64,000 bases of DNA from Candidatus Poribacteria bacterium (GTDB lineage Bacteria > Poribacteria > WGA-4E > PCPOR2b), in NCBI GenBank assembly GCA_965218095.1, contig OZ244587.1:2432001-2496000 (forward strand), given 5' to 3'. Of the stretch, positions 19,067-29,410 are shown piece after piece; positions within the stretch are counted from its first letter, which is position 1; the number at the start of each line of letters is the position of its first letter. Position numbers and translations under genes: made by a program. Under the pieces are notes generated by a model that was given only the letters and a program-made list of their open reading frames with translations, searched no databases and was not told the DNA's origin.

Positions 19067-20101
19067 ATGAAAGCAATCGTTTTCCACGAACAGGGCGGAA
19101 TCGACAAACTCCGCTACGAGGAAGTTCCCGTTCCCGTCATTGAGCCATCAGAAGTTCTGGTCAAAGTCAAAGCGTGCGCGGTAAACCACCTCGACATCCG
19201 CGCCCGACGTGACCGACCGGAGGTGCAGCCGTTTCCGCATATTCTCGGATCTGACATCGCCGGCGATGTGGCTGAAGTCGGGTCTGAAGTTCACAACGTT
19301 GCCGTCGGCGATCGGGTTGTACTGTCGCCCTGCATTCCCTGCGGGCGGTGCGCCGATTGTCTCAACGGCGATGAAAATCTATGCGACTTTCAGGAAATTC
19401 TGGGCTTTCAGACCAATGGCGGCTATGCGGAATACGTCAAAGTCCCTGCCCAAAACGTGATTCCAATATCATCGAATCTTTCATACCATGACGCGGCAGC
19501 CCTCCCGATCGCCTATCTCACTGCGTGGCACATGCTTGTGACGCGGGCGCAGATTCACCCCGGCGATGATGTGCTCATTCTATCCGCCGGCAGCGGCGTT
19601 GGCAGCGCGGGTTTACAAATTGCCAAACTGTGCGGTGCGCGAGTTTTCGCAACGGCGAGTACCGAGAAGAAACTTGAACGTGCCCGTCAGATGGGCGCAG
19701 ATTTCGCGATTAACTACACCCAAGTAGATTTTAGCAAAGCCATCCACGAGGAAACGAGAGAGCGAGGGGTTGACATCGTATTCGAGCATGTTGGGGCAGC
19801 GACATGGGAGCAGAGCGTGGCAAGCCTCGCAAAAAAAGGACGACTTGTCGCGTGCGGGGTCACAACGGGAAATATCGGACAGATCAATATCCGCCAGATG
19901 TATCAGAAGCAGTTGACGCTCATGGGTTCGGCGTTGGGCAATACGTCAGAACTTCGCACAATTATTCGCCTCGCCGAGCAGGGGAAGTTGACGCCAATCA
20001 TCGATCGGCTGTTGCCGTTGCAGAAGGCGGCAGAGGCGCACCGGATTGTCGAAGCACGGGAGAATTTCGGTAAGATGTGTCTTCAGCCAGATAATCAATG
20101 A
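19067..20101 (+). CDS. Zinc-binding alcohol dehydrogenase / quinone oxidoreductase family
   Basis: MKAIV start, NHLD, PHILGSD, structural zinc motif CGRCADC..C, AYLTAWHML, GSGVG. Confidence 0.92.
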   Translation: MKAIVFHEQGGIDKLRYEEVPVPVIEPSEVLVKVKACAVNHLDIRARRDRPEVQPFPHILGSDIAGDVAEVGSEVHNVAVGDRVVLSPCIPCGRCADCLNGDENLCDFQEILGFQTNGGYAEYVKVPAQNVIPISSNLSYHDAAALPIAYLTAWHMLVTRAQIHPGDDVLILSAGSGVGSAGLQIAKLCGARVFATASTEKKLERARQMGADFAINYTQVDFSKAIHEETRERGVDIVFEHVGAATWEQSVASLAKKGRLVACGVTTGNIGQINIRQMYQKQLTLMGSALGNTSELRTIIRLAEQGKLTPIIDRLLPLQKAAEAHRIVEARENFGKMCLQPDNQ

Positions 20102-20108
20102 AAAACCT

Positions 20109-20138
20109 TTGATTTTCCTTTTCGCAGTGCGCTATAAT
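20109..20138 (+). promoter_or_regulatory. Putative sigma70 promoter
   Basis: TTGATT-N18-TATAAT upstream of the ygfZ-like gene. Confidence 0.55.
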
Positions 20139-20146
20139 GGGGAATC

Positions 20147-20180
20147 AAACCTTCGGTCGGTTTTGAACCTTCCGAAAGTT
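20147..20180. repeat. REP-like double palindrome, degenerate copy
   Basis: AAACCTTCGGTCGGTTTTGAACCTTCCGAAAGTT. Confidence 0.65.
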
Positions 20181-20234
20181 GGGTTGTTGGAATGCCCACT
20201 ATCACTATCATTCCTATAATGAAAGGCATAACAG

Positions 20235-21317
20235 ATGAAAAGTACACCACTCTATGAAACCCATCACGCACTTGGAGCGACGTTTGCCGAGATTCACGAA
20301 GGCTGGGAGCTCGTTGCCCACTTCACCGCCCCCCAAGGGGAGCATCATGCGGTAAGACAGGGGGTCGGGATTTTGGATCTCTCGCATCGCGGCAGGCTCC
20401 GTATCATAGGGGGCGATCGCGCCAAATATCTCCACCGAATCATCTCCAACGAGGTGGAAGGACTCAACGTCGGTGAAGGGAATTACGCAACTATTCTGAC
20501 GAATCGCGGGAAGATTATCACCGACATGAAGGTATACGTCTTCGAGGATGCCATCGGGGTTGAGACCAACACGGAGACGACAGAGATTCTCTGCCAGGAA
20601 CTCGACAAATACCTGATTGCCGACGATGTGACCATTGAAGATATTACAGATGGGAGCGGGGCAATCGGCATACACGGCCCAAAATCCGCGGAACTCATTC
20701 AGAACGCCTTCGGGCTTGATGTCGGTCAGTTCCCTGAATACCACACCGTCCTCCATAAAATAGACAACTGCTGGGTTGCCTGTATCCGTGCAAACGAAAC
20801 CGGCGAAGTTGGCTATAATCTCTACACAGAATCTGCGTCGATAGAATGGCTGTGGAATACGCTACTGACAAAGGGGTGGGATCTGGGGGCGCAACCTGTG
20901 GGGCTGACTGCCTTGAACTCACTCCGAATCGAGGCAGGCATTCCTCGGTATGGCGCAGAATTGGACGATTCGATCATTCCACTTGAGGCAGAATTAGAAC
21001 ATGCCGTCAGCTTTGAGAAGGGGTGCTATATCGGTCAGGAGATTGTTGCACGCATGAAGTATCGCGGTCACCCAAATCGGGTGCTGCGTGGATTAGAGAT
21101 TGACCACGATACGCCACCACAGCAGGGGGATGCGATTTTCAATGGCGAAAAGAAGGTCGGTTGGATTACCAGCGCGATCAATTCCCTAACGATTGAGAAA
21201 ACGATTGCGATGGGATATGTCCGGACCGCCTTTACCGATGAAGGCAGCAAAGTCGAAGTCGAAACCGCAAGCGGTCGAGTGAAAGCGATGGTCATGCTTC
21301 TGCCGTTTTATATCTGA
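20235..21317 (+). CDS. ygfZ: Folate-binding protein YgfZ / GcvT-like aminomethyltransferase family
   Basis: GcvT fold (DLSHRG, LRIEAGIP) with the YgfZ signature KGCYIGQE. Confidence 0.85.
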   Translation: MKSTPLYETHHALGATFAEIHEGWELVAHFTAPQGEHHAVRQGVGILDLSHRGRLRIIGGDRAKYLHRIISNEVEGLNVGEGNYATILTNRGKIITDMKVYVFEDAIGVETNTETTEILCQELDKYLIADDVTIEDITDGSGAIGIHGPKSAELIQNAFGLDVGQFPEYHTVLHKIDNCWVACIRANETGEVGYNLYTESASIEWLWNTLLTKGWDLGAQPVGLTALNSLRIEAGIPRYGAELDDSIIPLEAELEHAVSFEKGCYIGQEIVARMKYRGHPNRVLRGLEIDHDTPPQQGDAIFNGEKKVGWITSAINSLTIEKTIAMGYVRTAFTDEGSKVEVETASGRVKAMVMLLPFYI

Positions 21318-21376
21318 CCACAACCGTAAAGGAAAGAACAATAAGAGACCTTTCCCAGATTCGGCTTAACAGACCA

Positions 21377-23155
21377 CTATTCTTGATTATGGCTTCCTTT
21401 AGGTAATTCCGGCTCGACATACAACGTCTTCTGGTGGGTATAGTGCACAAATCCTGCGGCACCGCCCTTTGGTTTGACAACATATCGAACCCACGTATAA
21501 TCGACCGGGACGTAGCTTGCATGCCGTGCCTTGCTGAAGAACGCCGCAATTTGGGCAGCTTGCAGCAACGTTGGCATCGGTATACCGGGCTTATTTTCGG
21601 GATTGCGGATGATGATGTGCGATCCGTGAATCTGCTTCGCGTGAAGCCACATATCTCGTCCAGAAGCGATCTGGCGAAGCAGCAGATCATTTTCCTTACT
21701 GTTGCGCCCCACGTAAATCTGAAGTCCATCGGGCGAAGTGTATTTCCGAAATGCACCCTCAGATTCTCTCTGCTTCTGCTGCAGTTTGCCTTCCTTTATC
21801 CACCCTTTTTTGACAAACTCCGATCGAATCAAGTCGAGTGCCTTCAACCCCTTTGCCGCCTCAACTTCCAGAGCATAAGAACCCAACACCTCCAACTCCG
21901 CTTCATTATCAGCAATCAACTGATGAATAATCGAACGCCCGCGTTTTGCCTTGTTGTACTTCTTAAAGTATTGTTGAGCGTTCTCCGAAGGACTGACTTG
22001 CGGGTTAAGTTCGATGGGCAGCGAGCACAGATCGGGGCTGTAGTAGTTCTGCACCTCAATAACCGTTTGTCCCCGCTCGACACGGTGTAGATTCGCCGTG
22101 AGGAGTTCCCCTTTTATTCGATAATCTCCAGCCTTTTCCGCATCCACCAATTCCTGCCGTAGCAAGACCAGTTTCCGATTGAGCGCCGCACCCATTTTGT
22201 CCAAAACCTGATTCAACGCATGCCGTTCCGATTGCATCGCCTCATCACGAACAATCACGTCATAGTAGGCGCATAAGGCTTCGCCCATCGTTTCAAAGAA
22301 CCGGCTCTCGGCCTGCGGAAATTGATATAGTTTTAACGCAGCTACAGCGACGACTTTATCTTCCCTGCTCAAGGGAGCCCCGATTGCCGATTGGGACTGT
22401 TTGACTGAATCGACAGCCTCAATGAGCACCTGTGGCTGACTGTGAGGCGGATGGAAGTGTGCCACGACCTGTTGATATGCCTCCCAGAGTCGATCCGGGG
22501 CTAGGCGCTCACCGGCACGGACGATAATCTCTTTGGCGAGTGTCGGGCTTAAACCATCGATCTGGTTAAACAGAAATCGCCAGCCAATTTCCGTCCGGTT
22601 TTCAACAAGCGAAATGAAAAAGGCATGTTCTAATTTGAGCGGGTGCAATTTATCCTGCTGCGGCGGGGGCGTGTAGGTCACGCCCGGCAATACCTCACGA
22701 TACCGGCTCATCGTTTCGTCAATATGCTTGATGCTTTCAAGGATTTTGCCGTTACCCTCATCGATCAGAATGATGTTGCTATGCTTGCCCATAAATTCCG
22801 CGATGATCGATTTGGGTGACGCTTCGATAACCTCAGTTTTGGGCGCGATGGAAAGCTTCAACACCCGATCCCAGCCAACCTGCTCTACCGCCGCGATCTT
22901 ACCGCGCATGATGTGCTTCATCAAGAAATCCGCGAAATGAGATTTTGCTTGTCCTTTTGGCGGGCGTTTAATCAGGAGCACGCGAGCATGGACAGAATGC
23001 GTCGAAATGAGTAAGTAGTAGGTTTCGGTTGTCTGGGAAATTCTTAGGACAATGCTATGGGAATTTAACTGTTCGATATGGCGAATTGTCCCGTTGAGGA
23101 TGGTATCATGAAGTTCATGAGTGACAAGATGCAACGCCAAGCTATCGAATGACAT
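21377..23155 (-). CDS. rqcH: Ribosome quality-control factor RqcH (Rqc2/FbpA, NFACT domains)
   Basis: MSFDSL, DRV, EFMGKHSNIIL, GELLTANL, ENAQQYFKKYNKAK, VGRNSKEND, WLHAKQIHGSH, VPVDYT. Confidence 0.93.
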   Translation of the reverse strand: MSFDSLALHLVTHELHDTILNGTIRHIEQLNSHSIVLRISQTTETYYLLISTHSVHARVLLIKRPPKGQAKSHFADFLMKHIMRGKIAAVEQVGWDRVLKLSIAPKTEVIEASPKSIIAEFMGKHSNIILIDEGNGKILESIKHIDETMSRYREVLPGVTYTPPPQQDKLHPLKLEHAFFISLVENRTEIGWRFLFNQIDGLSPTLAKEIIVRAGERLAPDRLWEAYQQVVAHFHPPHSQPQVLIEAVDSVKQSQSAIGAPLSREDKVVAVAALKLYQFPQAESRFFETMGEALCAYYDVIVRDEAMQSERHALNQVLDKMGAALNRKLVLLRQELVDAEKAGDYRIKGELLTANLHRVERGQTVIEVQNYYSPDLCSLPIELNPQVSPSENAQQYFKKYNKAKRGRSIIHQLIADNEAELEVLGSYALEVEAAKGLKALDLIRSEFVKKGWIKEGKLQQKQRESEGAFRKYTSPDGLQIYVGRNSKENDLLLRQIASGRDMWLHAKQIHGSHIIIRNPENKPGIPMPTLLQAAQIAAFFSKARHASYVPVDYTWVRYVVKPKGGAAGFVHYTHQKTLYVEPELPKGSHNQE

Positions 23156-23293
23156 GGGGAAGACCTCATAGAAGTGATGTATGATGCACCATACTGATAC
23201 ATGATGCGTAAATAAATCTGACTTGTGCTAGCTTTCAGAAGGTTTGGGTCGATTGTCAGGGAAGAAAGCCTTGCACAGACTTAAATGAACCAC

Positions 23294-24307
23294 TTAACCC
23301 AATTTACCAGTCGTGCGTCCCAGCACCGGATACAGTGGATCGTTATAGCCCCTACCTGTGTGCTCACCGGGTGGTATCAGGAGATCGATTGCCGCCTCGT
23401 TCTCTGGACTCAACGTACAATCGAGGCAGCCGAGATTGTCTTCGAGCTGCTCTAAATTTCGAGGACCAATAATCACAGAAGTAATGAGTGGATTCGCAAG
23501 CGCCCAGGCTAAGGCGAATTGTGCCAGCGTTTTACCGTGTGCTTCTGCCAGCGGTTTGAGCTTTTGTGCCACTTCAAAACTCTCTTCACGGAGTTCAGTT
23601 TGTTGTATCCGAATATCCTGACGATCTGCCCGTGAGCCGGGGGGCAGCGGTTGTCCGGGAAGATACCTGCCTGCTAGTACACCACGTGCCAGAGGGCTGT
23701 AGGACACGACACCTAAGCCGTACGCCTTGCAAAACGGCAACAATTCAACTTCAATATTTCGATTGACAATGTTGTACAGTGGTTGCACACAGACAAATTT
23801 TCCCAAATTCATGCGATCACTCGTCCATAGGGCTTCGCAAACCCGCCACGCATCAAAGTTTGAGCAACCGACATAACGCACTTTGCCCTGTCTGACGCAA
23901 TCATCCAGAACACGAAGTGATTCCTCAATTGGGGTAATTGCATCCCAACGATGGAGGTAGTATAGATCGATGCGGTCCGTATCAAGCCGCCTGAGGCTTT
24001 CCTCAACCTGCGTCATAATGTGATAACGACTTGCACCAGACTGATTGAGGCCTTCCCCCACCGATCCAGATACCTTTGTTGCAATAATCACTTCATCACG
24101 AACGGACCGGATTGCTTTGCCAACGATCCGCTCGGATTCCCCATCATTGTAGACGTTCGCTGTATCAATGAAATTGATGCCAGCATCGAGCGCGTCTCGG
24201 ATAATCATGGTCGAATAGTGCTCGTTCGCTACGTCGCCAAACATCATTGCGCCGAGGCAGATTTGCGAGATTTTGATTCCAGAACTCCCAAGAACTCTGT
24301 ACTCCAT
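23294..24307 (-). CDS. Aldo/keto reductase
   Basis: GINFIDTANVY, IATK, SLRRLDTDRIDLYYLH, GKVRYVGCSN, YSPLARG. Confidence 0.95.
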   Translation of the reverse strand: MEYRVLGSSGIKISQICLGAMMFGDVANEHYSTMIIRDALDAGINFIDTANVYNDGESERIVGKAIRSVRDEVIIATKVSGSVGEGLNQSGASRYHIMTQVEESLRRLDTDRIDLYYLHRWDAITPIEESLRVLDDCVRQGKVRYVGCSNFDAWRVCEALWTSDRMNLGKFVCVQPLYNIVNRNIEVELLPFCKAYGLGVVSYSPLARGVLAGRYLPGQPLPPGSRADRQDIRIQQTELREESFEVAQKLKPLAEAHGKTLAQFALAWALANPLITSVIIGPRNLEQLEDNLGCLDCTLSPENEAAIDLLIPPGEHTGRGYNDPLYPVLGRTTGKLG

Positions 24308-24653
24308 TGGCTGATACTCCTCCCTTGAGCAAAATTAAAGTCCTGCAGGTCAGATCTCTTGCTGGGGATCTGACGATTTCTTTCTACACCTTGCCCATTT
24401 TAGCACACAGGCAGGTTGGGTACAAGGGAAAAGAGGGAAAGAATGGAAGGAAAGGAAGAAATATCCAGATTTCCGAAAACGTTGGGTAAGCATAGAAAGT
24501 CAGGCGCGCAGAGTGGGGCTTTTTTGTTGCGGCTGTAGAACCACAAATTTCGCAGGATAGCGCGAATCAGATTTTCTTTGATCCATGTCATCCTACCAGA
24601 TCCGCGGGTTTGTACAGTTTGAAGCAAAAGCAAAAACCAGATGGCAATACACA

Positions 24654-25601
24654 TCACGTGTTAATGCGCTTCGTCACAGATTGCGTTGGGCCTCCCCACC
24701 CGGAAACTGCCACTGTCCACCGCCCGGCAGGACCACCTGCGACAATGCAGATTACATCCTTCGGCTCTCGTTTGGCATGTTTGTGGAGATACTGCTGCAC
24801 GTCGCTCTTGCTGAAACCGTCACTGCCAATTGTCCTTGCATGCTCTGGGCTGAATACCAAAACGATCTCACTGAGAGTTCCTCCCCCGGATGTCGAGATG
24901 TTACGACAGATCGTGTCGAGGATGCCCACTGCCGTGTTGCTGTTATGGTCATTAATGTTTTGCGGGGAAGAACCTGCGTAGACCGTCACCGTGCTTTCAG
25001 AAGACTGGAATCCGCGTTCAACGTGCAGAGTTTCCCACGGACTCACTTCCTCGTTTTCAGCGATGCAGAATGTGTACTTGCCGGCATGCCCAAAAGTGGC
25101 GCGATCCAATTCGCCGGGTAGCGCACTGCCGATATTCGTACAGATTAGACGCACCGCCCGCCCGATTGTCCCGTTTGCCCGCCAGCCTTGCCCAAATATG
25201 TTGAAACCATCATTGATATCCAACTGTTTTCGGATGGGGCCGTTGATAATCAGCAGCGGTGAGACGTCGCTAGTTGTCACCTGAATGCCGTGCAGGTTGA
25301 ACGCCTCCTCGGTGATTGCTTCGACTGCCGCTATCACAACCGGCAGGTATTCCGGCTTGCAACCTGCCATGACGGCGTTGATCGCGATTCTTTCGATCGT
25401 TGCTTGTCCCCACTTGGGTGGAATTGATGCAACCAATTCGTCTAGCTTTCGTTGCGTGCCGGCCAGCATTTCTTCTACCCGATCGGGAGTCGGCGGAACA
25501 ACCGGTAAGCCATCTGTCCAGCCGTTTTGGTAGCAAAGTTCAATCAGGTCCGCTTCCTCGCTCACTTCAATTTTATTCGACTGCCACTGGATTTGTGTCA
25601 T
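24654..25601 (-). CDS. Uncharacterised GWTDGLPVVPPT-family protein (usual neighbour of UGSC-motif selenoproteins)
   Basis: GWTDGLPVVPPT, AINAVMAGCKPEYLPVV, RANGTIGRAVRL, CIAENEE.SPW, VAGG. Confidence 0.75.
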   Translation of the reverse strand: MTQIQWQSNKIEVSEEADLIELCYQNGWTDGLPVVPPTPDRVEEMLAGTQRKLDELVASIPPKWGQATIERIAINAVMAGCKPEYLPVVIAAVEAITEEAFNLHGIQVTTSDVSPLLIINGPIRKQLDINDGFNIFGQGWRANGTIGRAVRLICTNIGSALPGELDRATFGHAGKYTFCIAENEEVSPWETLHVERGFQSSESTVTVYAGSSPQNINDHNSNTAVGILDTICRNISTSGGGTLSEIVLVFSPEHARTIGSDGFSKSDVQQYLHKHAKREPKDVICIVAGGPAGRWTVAVSGWGGPTQSVTKRINT

Positions 25602-25630
25602 TGTAATTTTCCTTCCAATTTCCGAATTTT

Positions 25631-25685
25631 TGTGATATGATGCGTAAAATGTAAGAAGTTCCTCTTTACGTTTTACGCAATACGA
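25631..25685. repeat. Inverted heptamer tracts in a divergent promoter region
   Basis: GATGCGTAAAATGTAA ... TTACGTTTTACGCAATACG directly before RBS AAAGGAGG. Confidence 0.75.
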
Positions 25686-25699
25686 AAGGAGGCCTGTTC

Positions 25700-27181
25700 A
25701 TGCGTATCGCAGCGGGCTGCATTGGGCATGAAACAAACACATTTTCGTCCGTACCCACCTCGATTAACAGCTTCAAGGGAGGTACGTACTATGTCGGCGA
25801 AGAGATGATTTCAGCATTCAGACAGACGAGTACCATCATGGGTGGGTTTATTGAGAGCACCGAGAAGTTGGGAGTTCAGATAGTTCCGCTTTTATGGACA
25901 TTTGCGACGCCTTCCGGCACGGTTGAGCAGAGGGTGTATAATACACTTAAAGAAGAATTCCTCGATCTCTTACGAGGGGCTGGGCAGATCGACGGGGTTT
26001 TCGTGGATCTGCATGGAGCAATGGTGACGGAGGGGCTCGAAGATGCTGAAGGCAATTTGATTCGCGCCATCCGTGAAGTTGTCGGTTCGCTCCCAATCAT
26101 CACGACGTTAGATCTCCACGCGAACATCACCGCTGAGATGGCGGAGTACGCTGATGTCATCATCGGGTTCGACACCTATCCGCATGTCGATTGCTATGAT
26201 CGTGGCTTTGAGGCGGCGCAGTTAATGTTTGCCACGGTTGAGGGGAACATCCGTCCGAGGATGGCTTATCGTCAACTGCCGCTGTTGACTTCGCCGCCCG
26301 CACAGTGTACGATGAAACCGCTGATGAGCGAGGTGCTGAAACGCCTTCACGCGCTCGAAACCCGGCGTGGCATCGTGACGGCAACCCTGTCAATGGGATT
26401 CCCTTTTGCGGATATACGCGATGCCGGCGTCTCGGTGCTTGTGACAACCAATAGCAATCAAGAACTCGCTGAACAGCACGCCGACGAGTTTGCGGGATAC
26501 ATCTGGGACATGCGAGAAGCATTTGATCTGAATCTTGTTTCTGTTGAGGAGGCAATCAAACACGCAAATCGGACGGAAGGGCGGCCGATTGTGCTTGCTG
26601 AAGGCTCAGATAATCCCGGTGGCGGCGGCCCCTGCGATGGAACGATCATCCTTCGTGCATTCATCGAAGCGGATGTCCAAAACGCTGTGATCGCGGTGAT
26701 TGCTGACCCAGAGTCTGTGAGTCGCGCGATTCAGACAGGCGTTGGAAACCATGTGGACCTCAACGTCGGTGGGAAAACGATTCCGCTGCACGGTGAGCCG
26801 GTTGCGCTGACGGGCTATGTGAAAACAATCTTTGATGGGACGTTTGTGCATAAGGGACCGATGAGACGCGGAAGAATCGGCGGGATGGGGAGGACGATCG
26901 TCCTCAAGGTCGGCGGCGTCGAAATCATCCTGACGGAAAAGCGCATCCAACCCTATGACGCTGAAGTGCTTCGGAGTGTTGGCATTGAACCCAAAGATCG
27001 GAAACTGATTGCGCTTAAATCCGCCGTCCACTTTCGCGCCGACTACACGCCAATCGCCCACGAAATCCTGGAGGTTGATACGCCCGGCGTGCATAGTCCG
27101 GATCTTTTTAGCTACGATTATCAGAAGTTGCGACGACCGGTTTACCCGCTGGATGCGGATGCTGAATTCCGTGGAACGTGA
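25700..27181 (+). CDS. M81 family metallopeptidase (MlrC-like)
   Basis: HETNTFS, DLHGAM, DLHAN, TYPHVD, DNPGGG, KSAVHFRA. Confidence 0.93.
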   Translation: MRIAAGCIGHETNTFSSVPTSINSFKGGTYYVGEEMISAFRQTSTIMGGFIESTEKLGVQIVPLLWTFATPSGTVEQRVYNTLKEEFLDLLRGAGQIDGVFVDLHGAMVTEGLEDAEGNLIRAIREVVGSLPIITTLDLHANITAEMAEYADVIIGFDTYPHVDCYDRGFEAAQLMFATVEGNIRPRMAYRQLPLLTSPPAQCTMKPLMSEVLKRLHALETRRGIVTATLSMGFPFADIRDAGVSVLVTTNSNQELAEQHADEFAGYIWDMREAFDLNLVSVEEAIKHANRTEGRPIVLAEGSDNPGGGGPCDGTIILRAFIEADVQNAVIAVIADPESVSRAIQTGVGNHVDLNVGGKTIPLHGEPVALTGYVKTIFDGTFVHKGPMRRGRIGGMGRTIVLKVGGVEIILTEKRIQPYDAEVLRSVGIEPKDRKLIALKSAVHFRADYTPIAHEILEVDTPGVHSPDLFSYDYQKLRRPVYPLDADAEFRGT

Positions 27182-27280
27182 TGCGTAAAACGTCATGCCT
27201 TATTTTTCGAGCAGGAAGCACCTATCAGTCATGAGACCAGCAATTTTGCAAAGCTCGCTGTCGTGTATGTAGTCGGATGA

Positions 27281-28360
27281 CTATTTGGGCAGCCACCGGC
27301 GGAAGAATCGGAGCCAGGCGCCGTGAAAAATATTGTCGATGTCTGCGTCACTGTAGCCCCGGTTGGCCAGGATAGTCGCCAGCTTTTGCAAATCGACAGC
27401 TATCTTCAGGTCGCACGGCATGTGGTTTGTGCCGCCCATGTCAGTGCCGATGGCGGCGTGCAGGGTGTTTCCCGCCAATTGGCAGACGTGCTCGATGTGG
27501 TCGACCACCGCCGTCAATTTCAGATTCTCCGGCGTGGACTTGCCGATGACCCATCCGGGTACAAGCATCCAGGCATCTAAAGCCGCGCCAATAACCGCGC
27601 CGCGCTGGATGAGGAGTTTGATTTGTTCGTCGGAGAATTGTCGGTCGCCGGGAACCAGCGCACGACAGTTGTTGTGGCTCGCAATCACTGGGCCACTGAA
27701 GCGGTCGAGCGCCTCGTAGAAACTGGGGTCGGACAGGTGCGTCAGATCGAGAATCATGCCAATCCGCTCGAACTCCTTGAGCAATTCGATTCCCCTGGGC
27801 GTCAGCGGCCCGCTCACGCCGGTGCCAAAGGCATAATGACTTTTGCCGAAGTGCGCCAGCATCACGCTGCGCAGGCCGTCTTCCTACGACTCCTCGGCCT
27901 GCGATGGTTCGACAATCGGGTCGGCGCATTCCATGCAGAGAATAATGCCGATGGGCAATTTGTCGCGACTGCCTTGGCGCCAAATTTGCTAGTGTGCATC
28001 CAGCTCGCTGGATGTGCGGATGAGCTTTACCTCACCCTGTTTCTCAAGAATTCGGTAATAAGCCAACTGCCCCTGGGCCCAGGCGTAAGCCATGCTTTGT
28101 GTGCCATAATCGAGATCCAGCCGACTGTGGCCTGAGGCAGGCTGAACCTCGCGGTTGGTACGAACCGCTACTGAGGACTGGCAAACCGCCACACCTGCGC
28201 CTCGCATCTCCGGGAGGCTATTGGCGGCGCGACCTCGTTCGGCTACGTCAGTCATGCCGGCTTCACGGGCGTTGATCTGGGTAACGGATTCGGTCAGGTC
28301 GCGGTTGTACGCCAGCGCGAATAAGGCCAAATCGGTATGGCCGTCGAAAATGAGTCTCAT
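27281..28360 (-). pseudogene. M19 membrane dipeptidase with two in-frame TAG codons
   Basis: A single frame from MRLIFDGHTDL through DLTHL, ASHNNCRALV and IGTDMGG; TAG at 27989-27991 and 27884-27886. Confidence 0.88.
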
Positions 28361-28398
28361 GTCGATCCCCTTGCAGCGCAAAATGATGGGCGACTGCT

Positions 28399-29283
28399 TC
28401 AGACTTGGACAAACTTTTGCAGCCGCTGTCCTCGATTGCCGCCTCCAATTTCGGCAACGTAGACGCTTCCCTCGTCATCGACGCAGATGCCGTGCGGTGC
28501 CTCCAGCACTCTGCTCGGCGATCCGGAGAATCGACTAATCCGTTCTCCCCCTGGGGTCCAGACGCTGACATGTCCGCCCGTCCCCTGCTCGACCACGTAA
28601 ATCATGTTGTCATCGGTAATCCATACATCGCCAGGCGCCGACATATCCGTCCACGTTTCCATATACTTCCCATCCGGATCGAAAATCTGAATTCGGTCAT
28701 TCTCGCGGTCGCAGACAAGCACGCGGCCCGTTTTATCACAGCCGATATTATGGACCACAGCGAATTGTCCGGGACCGCTGCCGGGCTCTCCCCACGTCAG
28801 CAGATGGCTGCCCACGTTGGAGTACTTATGGACGCAGCGATTACCATATCCGTCCGAGACGTAGATGCACCCATCCGGGGCAATCGCTACCCCGGTCGGC
28901 ATGTTAAATTCGCGGTGATAGTACGTCACACCAGCCACCCCGGGTGTTCCCCACTCACGCTCCATTTCGCCGAGCAGTGTGTACCTGCGCACCACATGCT
29001 GATGTGCATCGGTCAGGTAGACTTCATCGTTCGGGCCGATGAAGATTCCATGCGATTGGCTCACCAGATGTGGGGAGATACCGAACTCCCCGTAGCCCCA
29101 CGAGGTGACGAAGTTTCCTTCTTTGTCAAAAACAATAACGGGATGTTTGCCGCGGGTAAAAGCGAAGATGCGTCCCCGTGAATCAATTGCCGCATCTGAC
29201 ACCAACGAGAAGACCCACCCTTCCGGCAGGTTGGGCCATCCTTCCACTAACTCGTACCTGTAATCTCCTTCACCTAATGCCAT
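28399..29283 (-). CDS. NHL-repeat protein (peptidyl-alpha-hydroxyglycine alpha-amidating lyase-like)
   Basis: FNMPTGVAI, YVSDGYGNRCVHKY, GSGPGQF, DRENDRIQIFD, PHGICVD. Confidence 0.9.
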   Translation of the reverse strand: MALGEGDYRYELVEGWPNLPEGWVFSLVSDAAIDSRGRIFAFTRGKHPVIVFDKEGNFVTSWGYGEFGISPHLVSQSHGIFIGPNDEVYLTDAHQHVVRRYTLLGEMEREWGTPGVAGVTYYHREFNMPTGVAIAPDGCIYVSDGYGNRCVHKYSNVGSHLLTWGEPGSGPGQFAVVHNIGCDKTGRVLVCDRENDRIQIFDPDGKYMETWTDMSAPGDVWITDDNMIYVVEQGTGGHVSVWTPGGERISRFSGSPSRVLEAPHGICVDDEGSVYVAEIGGGNRGQRLQKFVQV

Positions 29284-29410
29284 GTTGCACCTCCAGGATA
29301 AAAAAATGGTACGCCAAGTAAGCGATTATGAAGATTAAACTTCACTGTTTTAGGGCAATAAAAAGCATATTCGGTCAGACCTCAATCGCCTGATAACTGA
29401 AAAACTCGTA

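Noticed and set aside
28405-29181. 258-aa plus-strand ORF and other long antisense ORFs (for example 40202-40903, 57958-58626)
   Set aside because: They lie opposite well-supported genes and have no protein-family features.
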